The notes below the pieces were generated by a model, which was not told the origin of the DNA, made no database searches, and saw only the letters and a program-made list of their open reading frames with translations. A stretch of 64,000 nucleotides of DNA, taken from contig OX597818.1 in assembly GCA_951406725.2 (NCBI GenBank), forward strand, positions 105,462,001 through 105,526,000. Reading direction: 5' to 3'. The translations under genes were made by a program, and so were the position numbers. This document shows positions 1-13,600 of this stretch, one piece after another (the first letter of the stretch is position 1; the number at the start of each line of letters is the position of its first letter). Origin of the DNA: Octopus vulgaris (taxonomy: Eukaryota).

Positions 1-176
1 AAAAACACCCAATACTCACTATAAAGTACTTGGTGTTAGGAAGCGCATCCAGCCAACAAACTAAGCCAAAGCTGACACTGGAGCTTGACAAAGTTCTGCA
101 GTTTGCCAGATCCTGTCAAACTGTCCAATCTATGCCAGCATAGAAAACCGGTCAAATGATGACAATGATGATAATG
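1..176 (+). mobile_element. 3' tail of the RTE LINE family (or derived element) ending in (GAT)n
   Basis: ttggtgttaggaag.gcatccagc...gtccaa...atgccagcat.gaaaa...aaatgatgacaatgatgat, the same tail as 48870-49010. Confidence 0.7.
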
Positions 177-1303
177 TTAAACTTGTGTAAAGGAAAATAT
201 GTGGTAGAATAAACAGCTCCTTATTTAATAAAATTATCCAAAATAAAAGTAAATAACCATAAGAACATGTTTGAAGTGAGGTTACATTATCAAATCTTTC
301 CAATTAGCCAACATCTCTAAAAAAAAGAAATAAATGCTGTTGAGCACTTAACTACAGCAAGATATACCAACTCACTTCTGAGAAATGAGAAAAACTCATT
401 AAATTTGTTGCCCTGCATTCCAAAAATGCATCTTGTGCAGGGGTATCTTATCGGTATTGCATTTTTCTGTGTCCTTAAGTTCATTATCATATTTGCTCGT
501 AAAATATATTCACAGAAGTAAAACATAGAAACAGATAACTTACAACTGTGAACAAAATATAATTAACTATATCAGCAATGAATCGGATCTCTTCAATTGA
601 TAGTCCAAGGAATTTAAATGACAATTGTTTAGTCAGAAAAGCGCATTCAAAACAAGTAACATCTGTGCTTTAATAAGAAAACTTCACAGCTTGACAATAT
701 GGACTATATAGCCATGTGACAGATGCAAGTGCATTAGCAAGGATTATAACATATGATGGATATTTTAAAAAAAGAGATGACATGAAATAATACTTCAAGG
801 ATGTGAAATACAATATATGGTAATCACAGTTCTTATACAAACATAATGCTTACCTAAATTAATAAAGTAGTCTACCAAATACAATAACATGGCTTAGGTT
901 GGTCTGGAGAACTATGGCAGAAGACACTTTGCTCAAGGGGTCACATAGTGGGACTAACTTTGAAGCTGGAAAGTGAACTTTACCACAAAGCTATACATAC
1001 ATACACACACATGTAGGTGTGATGCATGTATTATGTGTTTGTGTACATCTACAATTATATAAAAGTTGCCAGGTACAGGCAGTTCTGCCAACAAATCATC
1101 TGTTCCCTTCATGCTTTGAAGCCATATGGGGTAAGAAAACCCTTACTAGATAAACAGATACAGGTTAGCAACAAGAGCATCCTGCTGACAACTGCCTTAA
1201 TAACATTCATCGAACCAATGCAAGCATGGAAAAATGGACATAAAATGAACAAAGGAATACACACACAGGTATATACATACACACACACACAGACAAGTAT
1301 ATA

Positions 1304-2215
1304 TTGAGGGATCCCATAAATAATGCGTTTTTTTTATATTTATTTTATTTTTCAAAATTAAGATTAAAGTTCTTTTTCAATCTAAAATATACTCCTCATT
1401 TTCTACAATGCTTTTCTATCTATTTGGTAGATTCGCAAGTCCCCTTTTACAAAATTCACTTGTCCATGACGAAAAATACTCCTCCAGTACTGTTCTGACC
1501 TCATCTACAAAATTCATATGTTTTTTTGTCCAAATGATTTTGAAGACTACAGAATAAATGATAATTACATGGGGCAATGTCTGACAAATATGGTGGGTGG
1601 GGCATCATTTCCCAGTCAAGCTGCTGCAGCCTTTGGAATGTCATCCTCACTGTATGTGGCCAAGCATTATCCTGTTGAAAGAACACCTTTCGTCATGAAA
1701 CCAAAGATGGTCCTTTTCCTTCTAGTGCTAACTTCACTGAGTGGTTGAATAACCAAATCCAAGCTTCTTTGCTAGTTCTTTAACAGTTACGATAGGATTT
1801 TGCTCCACTAGGGTTTGCAGGACATCCTTGTTGAGCTCTACAGATATTCCAGGACGAAGCTCATCTTTTAGGCTGTAGTTTCTGGCTCCGAATTTCTTGA
1901 ATCACTGGCTTACGCTTGTTGTCCAGTCCCCATATACTGCATTAACATTCCTCGCACTTTCTATTGCGTTGTTGCCTTTATTGAACTCATAAAACAAAAT
2001 TTGCCAAATATGCTTCTTTGTCACTTCTATTATAGCTTTGAAAGAATAACTGTTAAAATTGAACCGCACTCTTCAAAACTTGCACTAAAAATAAGGATAA
2101 GGTTAAATAACTACCTGCTTTTATAACAAGTTGATGCAGATAGTTTATCCTGTCCCCCTCCAACTTTTAGTTCATGCAATTGAAAAAAAACTACACTAAT
2201 TATGAGATGACCCAA
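1304..2215 (-). mobile_element. Internally deleted mariner transposon
   Basis: Degenerate TIRs (ttgagggatcccataaataatgcgtttt / aaaactacactaattatgagatgacccaa) flanked by TA. ORF fragment FQQDNAWPHT...LDWEMMPHPPYLSDIAPCNYHLF carries the mariner HDNA and YSPDLAP motifs. Confidence 0.88.
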
Positions 2216-2704
2216 TACAAATGTAGATAAGTATATACACACACATACACCAGTATTTACTTATGTACATAGAGTAAACACACACACACACAGAAAAGAG
2301 ATACATAATTCAAATCAAACAAAGACACATAAGCCCCCCCCCCTCCAATTACAAAATTTAACAGGCAAACTTTTTCCTGTAAACATTAGTTCTGATTTTA
2401 TAACCCACTTTATTTTCCTCTTAAAAATTTAAACTGATAATTTGTGGATGTGTGTTTATATGACTTCCATAAGCATTTTGCAATAAATACATGATTCACT
2501 AAATTATTGTAGACCTATTTCTAATTTCAAGATGGTCCCTTCTCAGTTCCTCTAAAACTTAATAATGATACTCAATATCTAGATATTTTACATGAATCAT
2601 AAGTTAACTTCCCCAAATCAGGTAAACAACTGGAATAAGGTTGTCAAAACAGTTAATAAAATTTCTCTTCCATCAAAGAGAAATATCTATTTCTTAAAAT
2701 TATA

Positions 2705-4145
2705 TTGGGTCGGCAACTAAGTTCCCACGGTTTTTTTAATTTTGGAACCTATTTTTTTCAAGAATTATATTTTGAATCATTTTGGAATCTATTTTGCTAT
2801 TTTTTTCTAGATAATTTTTGTATATTTTCAGATCATTAAAATGGAATGTCAAGTTAAGAAAAACGAGCATTTTCGACACCTCCTTTTTGCTTTTAATCAA
2901 GGTTCTAAGGCTGCAAAAGCTGCTCGCGACATTTGTGCTGCGTATGGAAAGGGTGCCATAGCCAAAAGAACCACTCGTGATTGGTATGCCAAATTCAAAA
3001 ATTGAAATTTTTACCTCAAACATGCACCTCGTTCTGGTAGTCCAGTTGAGTTCAATGAAGAGCGATTGAACCAACTTTTGCATGAAAATTCTCATCAGCT
3101 GTGTCGGTAAATAGTTTGCTTACCAACCACATAGTTCCGGGTTCAGTTCCACTGCGTGGCACCTTGGGCTAGTGTTTTCTACTATAGCCTCAGGCCGACC
3201 AAAGCCTTATGAGTGGATTTGGTAGACGGAAACTGAAAGAAGCCCATTGTATATATGTGTGTGTGTGTGTTTGTTTGTGTTTGTCCCCTAAATACACCGA
3301 TGGTGGTGTGTTTACGTCCCCATAACTTAGCGGCTCAGCAAAAGACACTGATAGAATAAGTACTAGGCTTACAAAGAATAAGCCCTGGGGTCAATTAGCT
3401 CGACTAAAAGCGGTGCTCCAGCATGGCCACAGTTAAATGACTGAAACAAGTAAAAGAGTAAACAACAAGGGAACTGGCGGAGAAAATGGAATGTTCACGC
3501 ACTGCTATAGAGAAGCATCTTCACTCGATGGGAAAGGTTCAAAAGTATGGAGCATGGGCTCCACATGCTTTGAGTGACAACAACAAAAATCAACAAGCCA
3601 CAATCTCCGCTAGTTTGCTTGCTTGTCACCGCTCAACTCGTGGACACAAGCAGCGATTTCTTTACTGTATCATTACTCGCGAAGAAAAATGGTGCCTGTA
3701 CATCAATATGAAGCAGCATAAGGAATGGCTTAGCCCCAGTAAACAAGCGACACCACGCATGAAACAAGATCTTCATCCGCATAAAACGATGTTGTGCATA
3801 TGGTGGGACTGGGAAGGGATTATTCATTACGAATTGCTTGAATGGAACCAAACAGTCAACGTGGAACTCTATGTTCAACAGATGGAATGACTCAACACGG
3901 TTATTCAAGAGAAAAGGCCTAATTGGCAGCATGGAGTTCTTATGCTGCACGACAATGCCCGCCCTCATATCGCCAATATGACCAAGGAAACCATTCAAAC
4001 ACATGGCTGGGAAGTGCTGCCACACCCACCGTACTCTCCTGATATGGCACCAACAGATTTCCGTTCAATACTGATGCAGAATTGAGAGCTTGGTTGGATC
4101 AATTTTACGAGTTGAAATCGGGTGATTTCTACCAACAAGGTATTG
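2705..4145 (+). mobile_element. Decayed mariner transposon (second family), interrupted by a SINE
   Basis: TA followed by left TIR ttgggtcggcaactaagttccc. Transposase from ATG 2841 (MECQVKKNEHFRHLL) includes WAPHAL, IITREEKWCLY, MLCIWWDWEG, LHDNARPH and HPPYSPDMAPTDF, with stops and frameshifts. Right TIR not found. Confidence 0.92.
3098..3460 (+). mobile_element. tRNA-derived SINE with CORE-like domain inserted in the mariner transposase
   Basis: Removing it restores CAT CA|A ACA ACA AGG (ENSHQTTRELAEKM). B-box ggttcagttcc, ggcaccttgggc..gtg CORE-like block, internal (TG)n, tail gcggtgctccagcatggcc.cagt.aaatgactgaaacaagtaaaaga. Confidence 0.88.
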
Positions 4146-4930
4146 TTATAGAGTTATGGCAAAAGACTCAACTACATATTCTTTATCAGAATTTAATAAT
4201 TTTAAATTGTGTAGTAATGTATATTATACTAAAGCTCTCTTTTTTCATATTACAAAATAGTAAACAATTATTACTAGGTTACCTTTGACTTAACATATTT
4301 TCCATATTAACAGACACTGTCTTCCCTATTAGTCCATGATTCACACATTCAAATGACTAAGATATATAATTTTAGTTTCATCCATGTTTCCATGTGGGAG
4401 AGAAAGACGGTCCCCTTTTTATTTCTTAAGTATAATTTTTTTTAATCATTAACTTAATATCTAGGTATTTTACATGTTTGTAGGTTAGCTCACAAAAACA
4501 GCTGGCAAAACAAGTAATAAAATTCAATTTCTGCTCTATTGATAAAGGATATACAACATACATGCACACACTATTCAGTTATTCAACTTGAGAATTAAGT
4601 GTTCAACAAGGAAGAATTCCTGACAATATACAATCAATCTACCAGGTTAAAAAACTAAAAAAAAACTAAGCATGTCAATATTACCAGTGCTGTTTTAATA
4701 TTGTACTATTAATTAACACACATTGATACATTTAATCAACCTAATTTGGTTTTAGTGGAGAAAATAATATTGCTTCCTTGAAAAGATAAGAACTGTTTCA
4801 AAATCTAAGTCTTGAGTAAATCAAACTTTCTAACGGTGACATACACACATAGACAGCCACACATTAAAAAAAAAAGTTCGATGAGAATAATCTGAAAAAG
4901 AAATGTTGTGATGGTGACGTTTATGAATAC

Positions 4931-5018
4931 CTTTCCTCTGGTTACACCATAGGTGGCCCTGGCTCCAGCCCAAGTGAAACAGAACCCATCTGGCTCAGTC
5001 AAACTCTTTGCTCCATAG
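4931..5018 (-). CDS. HNRNPUL1: hnRNP U/hnRNPUL1-like protein, coding exon 3 (SPRY domain)
   Basis: Acceptor atttttatctag|, donor AAG|gtattc, 88 nt, phase 2/0. Translates (C)YGAKSLTEPDGFCFTWAGARATYGVTRGK, matching hnRNPU [23 protein letters not shown]. The gene continues beyond the window start. Confidence 0.92.
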
Positions 5019-7377
5019 CTAGATAAAAATATACATATAACAATACAAATCCATGTGGCAAAATACATAACCTATATCTAAAAATATAGCAATACAATAA
5101 AATATATATTTGTACAATTCAAATTAAAGTTAAACTAAGCTTGATTCAAATTACTTTGTTACTATAAACATGTCAGCATACTTTGTGCAATTAAATAGTG
5201 TAGTGCTTAATGCATAGAGTCTTCTAGAGGTCTTATTGACAGACTAGATTTTGTTTAGGTAGATAACCTGCTAGAAGAACATTATTTGAATCATTGCTAA
5301 CACAACTTGAAAACATGAGATATATATCGACAGTTAAAATTTGCTATATCTCATGAATCTATTGTACTACATTAAGATTGACTTTTAAATTTGTTTAAGC
5401 TATTATTAATATAATTACTACACAAGCAAACATAAAATATTACTTGTAGAATAGTTACATTAAGCTGAAATAGAATTCAGTAAAATTACTTAAAATGTAC
5501 ATTGATCAAAGCTACAACTTTGCTACAATACCAAGGACATAGCGTATGTCTTGGAATATTTTAAACTGTTAGAATTTTTTTTAAATAATTGTAAGATAAA
5601 CTGACAAGATTTGTTATTCAAAAGAATGTAAATAAACAAATTGAACACAAAGGTTTCATTACTGTATTATTAACAATTACAGGGGATAGAAAGTTTCAAA
5701 GAGGAAAACATACTAATAACTATTCAAAGTATAAAATTAGGTAGAATTGTAATTTTAAAATATAAATATCATTTATTATATCACAAGACATTTTTGTATG
5801 TTTATTATCAACTTGAATCACAGATAAATATGTCTTATAACTTACACTGTAGCAAACCACTTGAAACTAAAGCTTTCAAGTACCATTCATTATCTACTCC
5901 ATTAATTATTAATCTTACTGAATAGATGTATGAGTGGAAAAGCAAACGTTTTCAAAGAATAACATTAATAACAACTATGTGAAAACTTAGTTCATTTAAC
6001 ACAATATATTTAATCCTTTTGACACCAACCTGTGTGAGACCAAATGTTCTACAATACAAACTCCCTATTTCAAAGTGGTCTTGGTTAAAGCCCTCCATTA
6101 AAATTTCATGCTAATTTATGTTCCAAACTCCAACTTAATTATTAATGACAAAGTTATTCAACTAAATTCTTCATTTTCCTCAAAATTAATTAAAATGTAG
6201 GTATTTTATTTCAACAGAAATATGATAATAGGAATAATGATATTTAAGAGGACAAATATGAAAGAATCAGCTGAAAACTTTTCAAGTAAAATGATAAACA
6301 TTATATCATCAATGACAAAAAGTAAAAGCAACAAGCCCACTGACAAAAGTCGATAACGTAGTAGTCAGGCAAGTGAAAAGCATACAGTTAAGTACCATCA
6401 GAGGACCTGTTCTCCATCTCAAATCAGTACTTATAATGTATAATATCATTTTATGTTGGAAATGTATATCATATTATATATATATAAAGTTTTCAGTAAA
6501 TTTTGTTAAGGCCTAAAGACAAAGTTATTATTTGAATTTATTTTTGTTTCAGTGTAAGTGCACTTCTAGATTCAAATACCCTTGTAAAATTCAATTATGA
6601 ATTTATAGTTAAAATCATTTACCAGATTCATATTGACATTTCACTCAGTTATATATTTGCAAATGAAGACCCAATCTTTGAATGGATATATTTTTCTTCT
6701 GGTAGTTCATGAAAGTAACAGTTTATGGATTCAAGTTGATTTTTATTATTTTTAACAGTGGAAAGTATAGTCCTTTAATTTAATACAATTTATTACAAAA
6801 AAATCGCTGTTCAATTATGTAGGTTTGTGATTACTGAAGAGCTACAGAAATTGTAGCAAATAACATATTCAAAGTATATTAATAATTCCTAATAAGATAG
6901 CTGGCACCTTTGGTGAGGATGACATTTGATATGAAGGCTGAAGGAATGTGTGTATAAACATTCATACATATATTTATACACACACATACATGTTTAGCTA
7001 TATACATATACTCACATTTATACATATGTACATGTGTATATATACACAAGCAATGTCAAATCCTTCAGTTTAATATTAAATTGTTCTTATATATAGCTTC
7101 ACTTAAAAACAAAATGTATATATAGGTATACATATGAATGTGTATGTATAAATGTATATGATAGCCCTATAGTGAAGGAAGAATGGAAGTGCACAGTTAC
7201 AAATGTGCTCGTACACAGCAGGAATCTTATCCTAACATCCATTGCTGTTGTGTCTTCCTATGACAGGAATGTATATAAATATATGTATACATATATATAT
7301 GTATATATATATATATACATATATATACGTATACATATATATAAACACATGTACGTGCCCATGCATCTATGTGTGTG

Positions 7378-7412
<35 letters not shown>

Positions 7413-7801
7413 TTATGAAAAGAAAATCAAGAAGCAGAAATAACCAATAAGTATTAATATTTTTTACATTCGATGTTCAAATTCCAGTGTGACCTACTTT
7501 GCCTTTCATCCTGCCATGGTCAACAAAACAGGAACTGGGGTCAATGTAATCAATTATACGCTAGAAGATAGTGGCCAAAAATTATCACTGTTCAATAACT
7601 GAAACCAATAAAAGAATATTCGAATATAATTTTTAATATAACCCAATATTTTTAATATACTTGAAAATTCTTTTATTATCTGTTACTTTAAGATATCTAT
7701 GTGAAGGAGAATAGTTAATCTAACTTGGAGAATTGTAATATAACTTGATAAGTCATGTAGTAAACAGAAACTGAAGAACAATAGGAAGCTAAAGTCCTTA
7801 C

Positions 7802-7948
7802 CAATCAGCGTCAATAACTAAATTTAAATCGGAATTGTAAAAATCCAGAGCAGTGACTCCTTCATCAATTCTGGGTTCATCTGGTCCTACCTCAGCTTTG
7901 GCTGAAGGCTCCTGTTGTGGCCATTTTGAAGGTCCTCTTGTTGGAATG
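7802..7948 (-). CDS. HNRNPUL1: hnRNP U/hnRNPUL1-like protein, coding exon 2 (start of SPRY/B30.2 domain)
   Basis: Acceptor ttcctatcacag|, donor TG|gtaagg, 147 nt, phase 2/2. Translates (S)IPTRGPSKWPQQEPSAKAEVGPDEPRIDEGVTALDFYNSDLNLVIDAD(C), matching hnRNPU-family LDTYNCDLHFKIS. Not in the ORF track. Confidence 0.9.
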
Positions 7949-8796
7949 CTGTGATAGGAAAAAGCCATTTCTTGCCTTTCAAAATTAAATCAATTTTTTA
8001 AAAAAGCAAAAGCAAAAAAATTGTTTGGTTCAATAAATAAAATAACTGTTCTTGTCCATAGGGTTAAAGCAAATTAAACTTAGTCTTATCACATGAACAG
8101 TAACAAGACAAAAAAATAATACTCCTCAAAACTTTTTCACTGGTTAGTTTTCTTTAAAAGTTGGGACAAAATCATTTCAAACTTTAAAATAAGCAATATT
8201 GTTGAAATATGACATTATATATGTAACTTGTTTTAATCCATAGGGTTTTTTTTTTCTGTCATTAAGTTCTAAAACTGATTTCATTATTAAAGTTGAAAAT
8301 ATTTCTAAAATTGTTTTTGTTTGGGATTGCTTAATACACACACACACAATAATGCAAACATTAGTAATCTTGTTAAGCTCCTCACAGTCACCAAAGTGAG
8401 TTTCCCCAAGTCATTCATGAAGTGAATAACTTCAATTTTTGAATATATGCATGCTCATATCCTGATAAATAGATTATATATTCAAGACATAAGGCTACGG
8501 ATTAACAACCTGCTACATAAAGAGAAAAAAAAAGACAGGCTAGAATAGAAATAATAAGTACTTAATTTTAAAATTATAGTTAAAATCATTATGCAATCAA
8601 CTTCCTTTACACTGCATTATGTATTAAACAAAAAGACAAATGTGAAATTATGACAAAAACCTCTATCATCAATCATCAACAAATATATTTTTAAGAACAT
8701 TAAAAGGATTTCCAATAATTCCTCTGACACAAAGATATTTAGTCAGATCACACACAAACTCAATGAAAAACAAGACTATATGCCTAAACAAGAGCA

Positions 8797-8799
<3 letters not shown>

Positions 8800-8842
<43 letters not shown>
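8800..8842. repeat. (GA)n microsatellite
   Basis: About 21 perfect AG units. Confidence 0.95.
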
Positions 8843-8846
<4 letters not shown>

Positions 8847-8854
8847 CACTAAGC

Positions 8855-9185
8855 TAGCATGGCTCAATGGTTAGAGCATCAAGCTTACGATCGTGAGGTT
8901 GTGAGTTTGAATCCCAGACCGGGCTGCATGTTGTGTTCTTGAGTAAGACACTTTATTTCATGTTGCTCCAGTTCACTCAGCTGTAGAAATGAGTTGCGAC
9001 ATCACAGGTGCCAAGCTGTATTGGCCTTTGCCTTTCCCTTGGATAACATTGGTGGCTTGGAGAGAGGAGGCCAGTATGCATGGGCGACTGCTGGTCTTCC
9101 ATAAACAACCTTGCCCAGACTTGTGCCTGGGAGGGTAACTTTCTAGGTGCAATCTCATGGTCAGTCATGACCGAAGGAGGTCTCA
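8855..9185 (+). mobile_element. tRNA-derived SINE with CORE-like domain
   Basis: A-box tggctcaatggttagagc, B-box gagtttgaatccc, then gtgttcttgagtaagacacttta...ttgctccagttcactcagctgta.aaatgagt. Related head at 54580-54700. Confidence 0.8.
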
Positions 9186-12100
9186 GCATCATCTATAAAC
9201 ATCACAAGCTATTTAATAAAAATAATATTAAAGTTGGCTATAGTTGGATGATCATTACAAATATATTATTCACTAACACATAAAGAGACACCATTAACTC
9301 ATCATTTGAATGCAAATGCCTGGTAAATAGTGACTACCTTAAAAAAGCATTATTGAACCAAATTCTTAACGGCAGATTGAAAAAAAAAAAGGTAAGTTGG
9401 GCTCATGGAGAATTCATTCAAAAGTTGACATACAGAACACATCCATTCCTTATCATTAAGTATATCAATAACTAAATGTCATTTTTTGCTTCAATGAATC
9501 TCTGCCGAAGAAAAAATACAATATATGCATGCAGCTTTTCTACATGCACAATACAAAAAGTCTCAAAATAGGGGCATTTTTAAAGAGCTCACTTCAGTTA
9601 CAGGTCAGTTAATATAGCTTTAACAGATAGAATGAACACTACTGGCAAATGGTATCAGAGAAACCAGCAAGAAATGCAACCTTAGATATATAACATGAGT
9701 TGATCAGAGGTTGGTTCATTCAAAGCTGATCTGGCTGTTATAAAATAGCAAATGGGTTCAGAGTTAGATTGTCTGACAGACATCAAGAACTCTGAAGTTT
9801 AACATCAGAAACCAGGCCACTCACATTAAGAACTTTAGAGAAAACTCAAAATAAATGAATGAATAGAACTCTGCTTCACATATAGAGTACCCTTGCTCAC
9901 TTTCTCTGTCAAACAAATTCACAATACCAATACGGCAGTACAAATACTACAGTATACACACTCTCATGTCTCAGTTCTTTTCACTCATGTTGCCATTGGC
10001 CTTGAGAAAAGCATGACTGTTGTCGCTCGCATTACACTGGAAATCAATAGTGTTTATAATCTACTGATGGATATTTTGGATCCTGAAAGATCAAGCAACT
10101 TATTTTGTTTATCAGACTTGTGTAAAGAGAAAAATATTATATACAAATATTTGTAAAATGCAGCCCACAGCTCTACTATAACATGACTATTGGTATTCCT
10201 ACAATATCATTGAAAAAAAAAGGAAAAAAAGCAAATTCACACCAAATAGGTTTAAGAAAACCCAGAAAGACCTAAGAAAAATAGCAAGATAAAAGCAGAT
10301 CTATTAAATTTAAGAAATAATAATAATATAAATGTTAAACCAAAGAGACTAAAAAAGCATTGCCAGAAAATTCAATAACAGAAGTATTGATTTTTTGACC
10401 AAATATTTGCATTAATTATATAAAAAAAAACATATCTCTCACGATTTTATAGGTGTGTATGCACATTTATATGTGTGTGTGTGTGTGTATGTGTGCATAA
10501 CAGTAATTTCTGTAGTTTTAAAAGAGTTAATATTCTTCTATTTTACTAAGCAAACAATATTTTAAACATGTATTTATTTTTTTAATTACCAAAGATTTAT
10601 GTATATAAAAAAATTTCCCCCACCCTCAAAAAATTATACAGTATAGAACATTTTCATATATACAAGTACACATACATTTTTTAATTGTTGGTAGTTTAAT
10701 TTTTTCCTAAAAGGCTCTTGAGAATTATGTGCATCAATCTATTTATATATATACCATAACAAAGTTCACTTTGAACTAATAAAATTATCCCATCTGAGAT
10801 AAGTATGTATGTGTATGCATATATATACACATATACACACACACACGTTAAAAGCAGGCTAATCTATTTTAAGGCAAATTTGGGCAGTCATTGACAAATG
10901 GAATTCAATTAGATTTAACTGCAAAATATTATGACATCAGTGATAAAAGCTGAAACTGAAAATAACAAAACTGATGATATTCCATGAAAGAATAGAGTAA
11001 ATTTATAGTAAATAGTGTCAGAGAAACAACTGTAGAGGCATCAAGGAAAATATTGGTATGGAAATAAGGCTGAAAAGAAATTGGACAAATACAGAACAAA
11101 TATGTCACTAAAACATAGCTAAAATTATCAATGTTTTAGTCAGGTGGGGTTTTTTTTGGTGGGGGTGCAGTGAAAATAGTGGGGTTGTTGGTTTCATTTA
11201 CTTTCTTTTATTCCAGATGAGTTAAGATTTTCACATCTGAAAATCATCAATGGAATTAATTTTCTGAAAACAAATCAATACATTTCTTTTTCCTAACACA
11301 GATCAATTCCATCTTTTTCTTTTTTAATTCTAATAAAGTTATATATGAACAAAAATAAATGCAGAAATATTTCCAAACACAATCCAATCACCTTAATTAC
11401 AGAGCTATGTTGTTGAGTGCTAGATATTTCTTCTCACTAACTACCTTGTTACTTTTTGCTCATAACACATGCCAATGCAGATTACAGTCATCTCTGATCC
11501 TAGAGACTGTTTTTGAAGTGCTTTACTTTCATGCAACAGTCAAGTATAATGCCACCAATTAAAATTCCCATATAAAACAGCCGTATCATTTCTAGTTAAA
11601 ACCCACAAAGTAATAATTCTACTGCATTATGATATTAAAGTCTAATATTCTTCATACAAAACTCACTAAACTAATTAAAATTATTTTTACACAAAGGGAT
11701 AATATTTCCATGTAAAAGTCACTTCATTTAAATGCTTAGTTTATATTTCTATAGCAAGATTTGGCATTAGAAATAAATCAATTACATAAGTAGTTTTGAA
11801 ACAAAAACAAGCAAACACACAGACACACACTTCCAGCAAAAGTATTTATTGAGCACTCATGTTTTTGTACTAAGACACCATTTATATAGTGATTCAAGGA
11901 CCACAAATTGTTTACACACACATTTATTCACTAAATTATTTTTTAAAACTCAAAAGAAGTTTTCAACTTTAAGAACATTTGTACAATACGTAAAGTGAAG
12001 AATGGTTTAATTTACTTCTACTCTAGCAGCACTATCAATAAATTATTCTGAAATATACATATTAAATAGATTGTATTTGATAAACAAATAGAATATATAC

Positions 12101-13157
12101 AAATATATAGATTATAGTGGCCAAAAAGAAATTCAATCAATTAGCCATTTGCAGGTATATAGTTGTCTATTTGTTAACATCCAGTCACAAATTTGACTGA
12201 TTTAAAAGTGAAGACTAGTAATAATAAATACAGAACAAAACAAAAAAAAATTTATTTCTAAACTGAACTCTTGAAATCACAGGACAATTAAAGACTAAAG
12301 ATGAGTTTTAATATAAATTTCAAATTAAACTGTTCCTAACAAAGACCTAACTGCAGGTTAAAGGCCCAAAATGAAATTAACAGAATCTATTATCAAGAGG
12401 CAAGGATAGGAGATGACAAAGAAACACAAGGCACAGAACAATTGTAGATCTGTAAACACAAACATATGCATATACAAATGTGCATGTGGATGCTTTCATG
12501 TACATTTTTATCTTATATAAAAGGTATGTACATGTGTGTATGTATTTTTCTGTGCATGTGTCGAACTTATGTCCTTTCTACCGTCTTTCATGTCTGTCTA
12601 CATCTTCTTTGAATTTTTTTCAGTTTTCTTTCTATTTTTTGCTTCTTTTTCTTCTTATTTACATTTTCTCTTCCACTCCACAAATATGTATATCTTTCTC
12701 TCTCTGTATATACATGTAATTATATGTGCATCACATGAACATATATATATGTTTGAATGTATATCTGTGTCCATGTCTATTTACATGCTATTTGTTGTTT
12801 TCTTTCCGTTGTCTTGGGAGGGTCACTGCACCAAAAAATAACACGTACTGGTTCAATATCACTTCTTTATCATTAGTCAATTGGTTAAATATCTAACCAG
12901 CTAACTGTTTCATGTGCTGGTTAAACAATAAATCAGCTGTTTGTCAAAGTCCTTTCTCTGCTATTCACCTCATCAATGACTTTCCCTCTCTCTTCAAGCA
13001 CCTCGAGACGCAAGAGGCTTGACAATGTTCTTCTAAGCCTATCACTTCCACAAGTACTACACATACAAACACATATCTACTGCTCAAAGATCTATCAAAG
13101 TAAAATAGCCCAGACAATGATTGCATCATCAGTATTTTTATATTTTTTTATGTACAT

Positions 13158-13600
13158 AGACCTGGAATGAGATGGTGAAGCATGACCTTCAAATGTTGGG
13201 CCTCACAGAGGCAATGACGAGTGACCAAGACCGTTGGAGATATGCTGTGCTTGAGAAGACCCGATAAGCCAAGTGAGACCGTAACCGTGGCCTATGCCAG
13301 TGCAGCATAACTGACTTATTTAAGAGTACTCTTCAATCATTGGGCAATAAACTAAGCTTGCAAAGACCTGTTAAGTCAAGTGAAGCTATTGTTGTGGCCA
13401 ATGCCAGTACTGCCTGGCTCCCGGTGGCATGTAAAAATCATCCACTACACCCTCGGAGTGGTTGGTGTTAGGAAGGGCATCCAGCTGTAGAAACTTTGCC
13501 AGATCATATTGGAGCCTGGTACAGCCTTCTGGCTTGCCAGTCCTCAGTCAAACCATCCAACCCATGCCAGCATGGAAAGCAGATGTTAGATGATGATGAC
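13158..13600 (+). mobile_element. RTE LINE 3' fragment
   Basis: gacctgg.atgag.tggtgaagcatgacctt...gagaagacc...caagtgag followed by the 3' UTR and (GAT)n tail, homologous to 48515-49010. Confidence 0.85.

Noticed and set aside
7172-7409. YI/CV/HT-rich ORFs (also near 12480, 44525, 46051 and 48861)
   Set aside because: Translations of (TA)n, (TG)n and (CA)n microsatellites.
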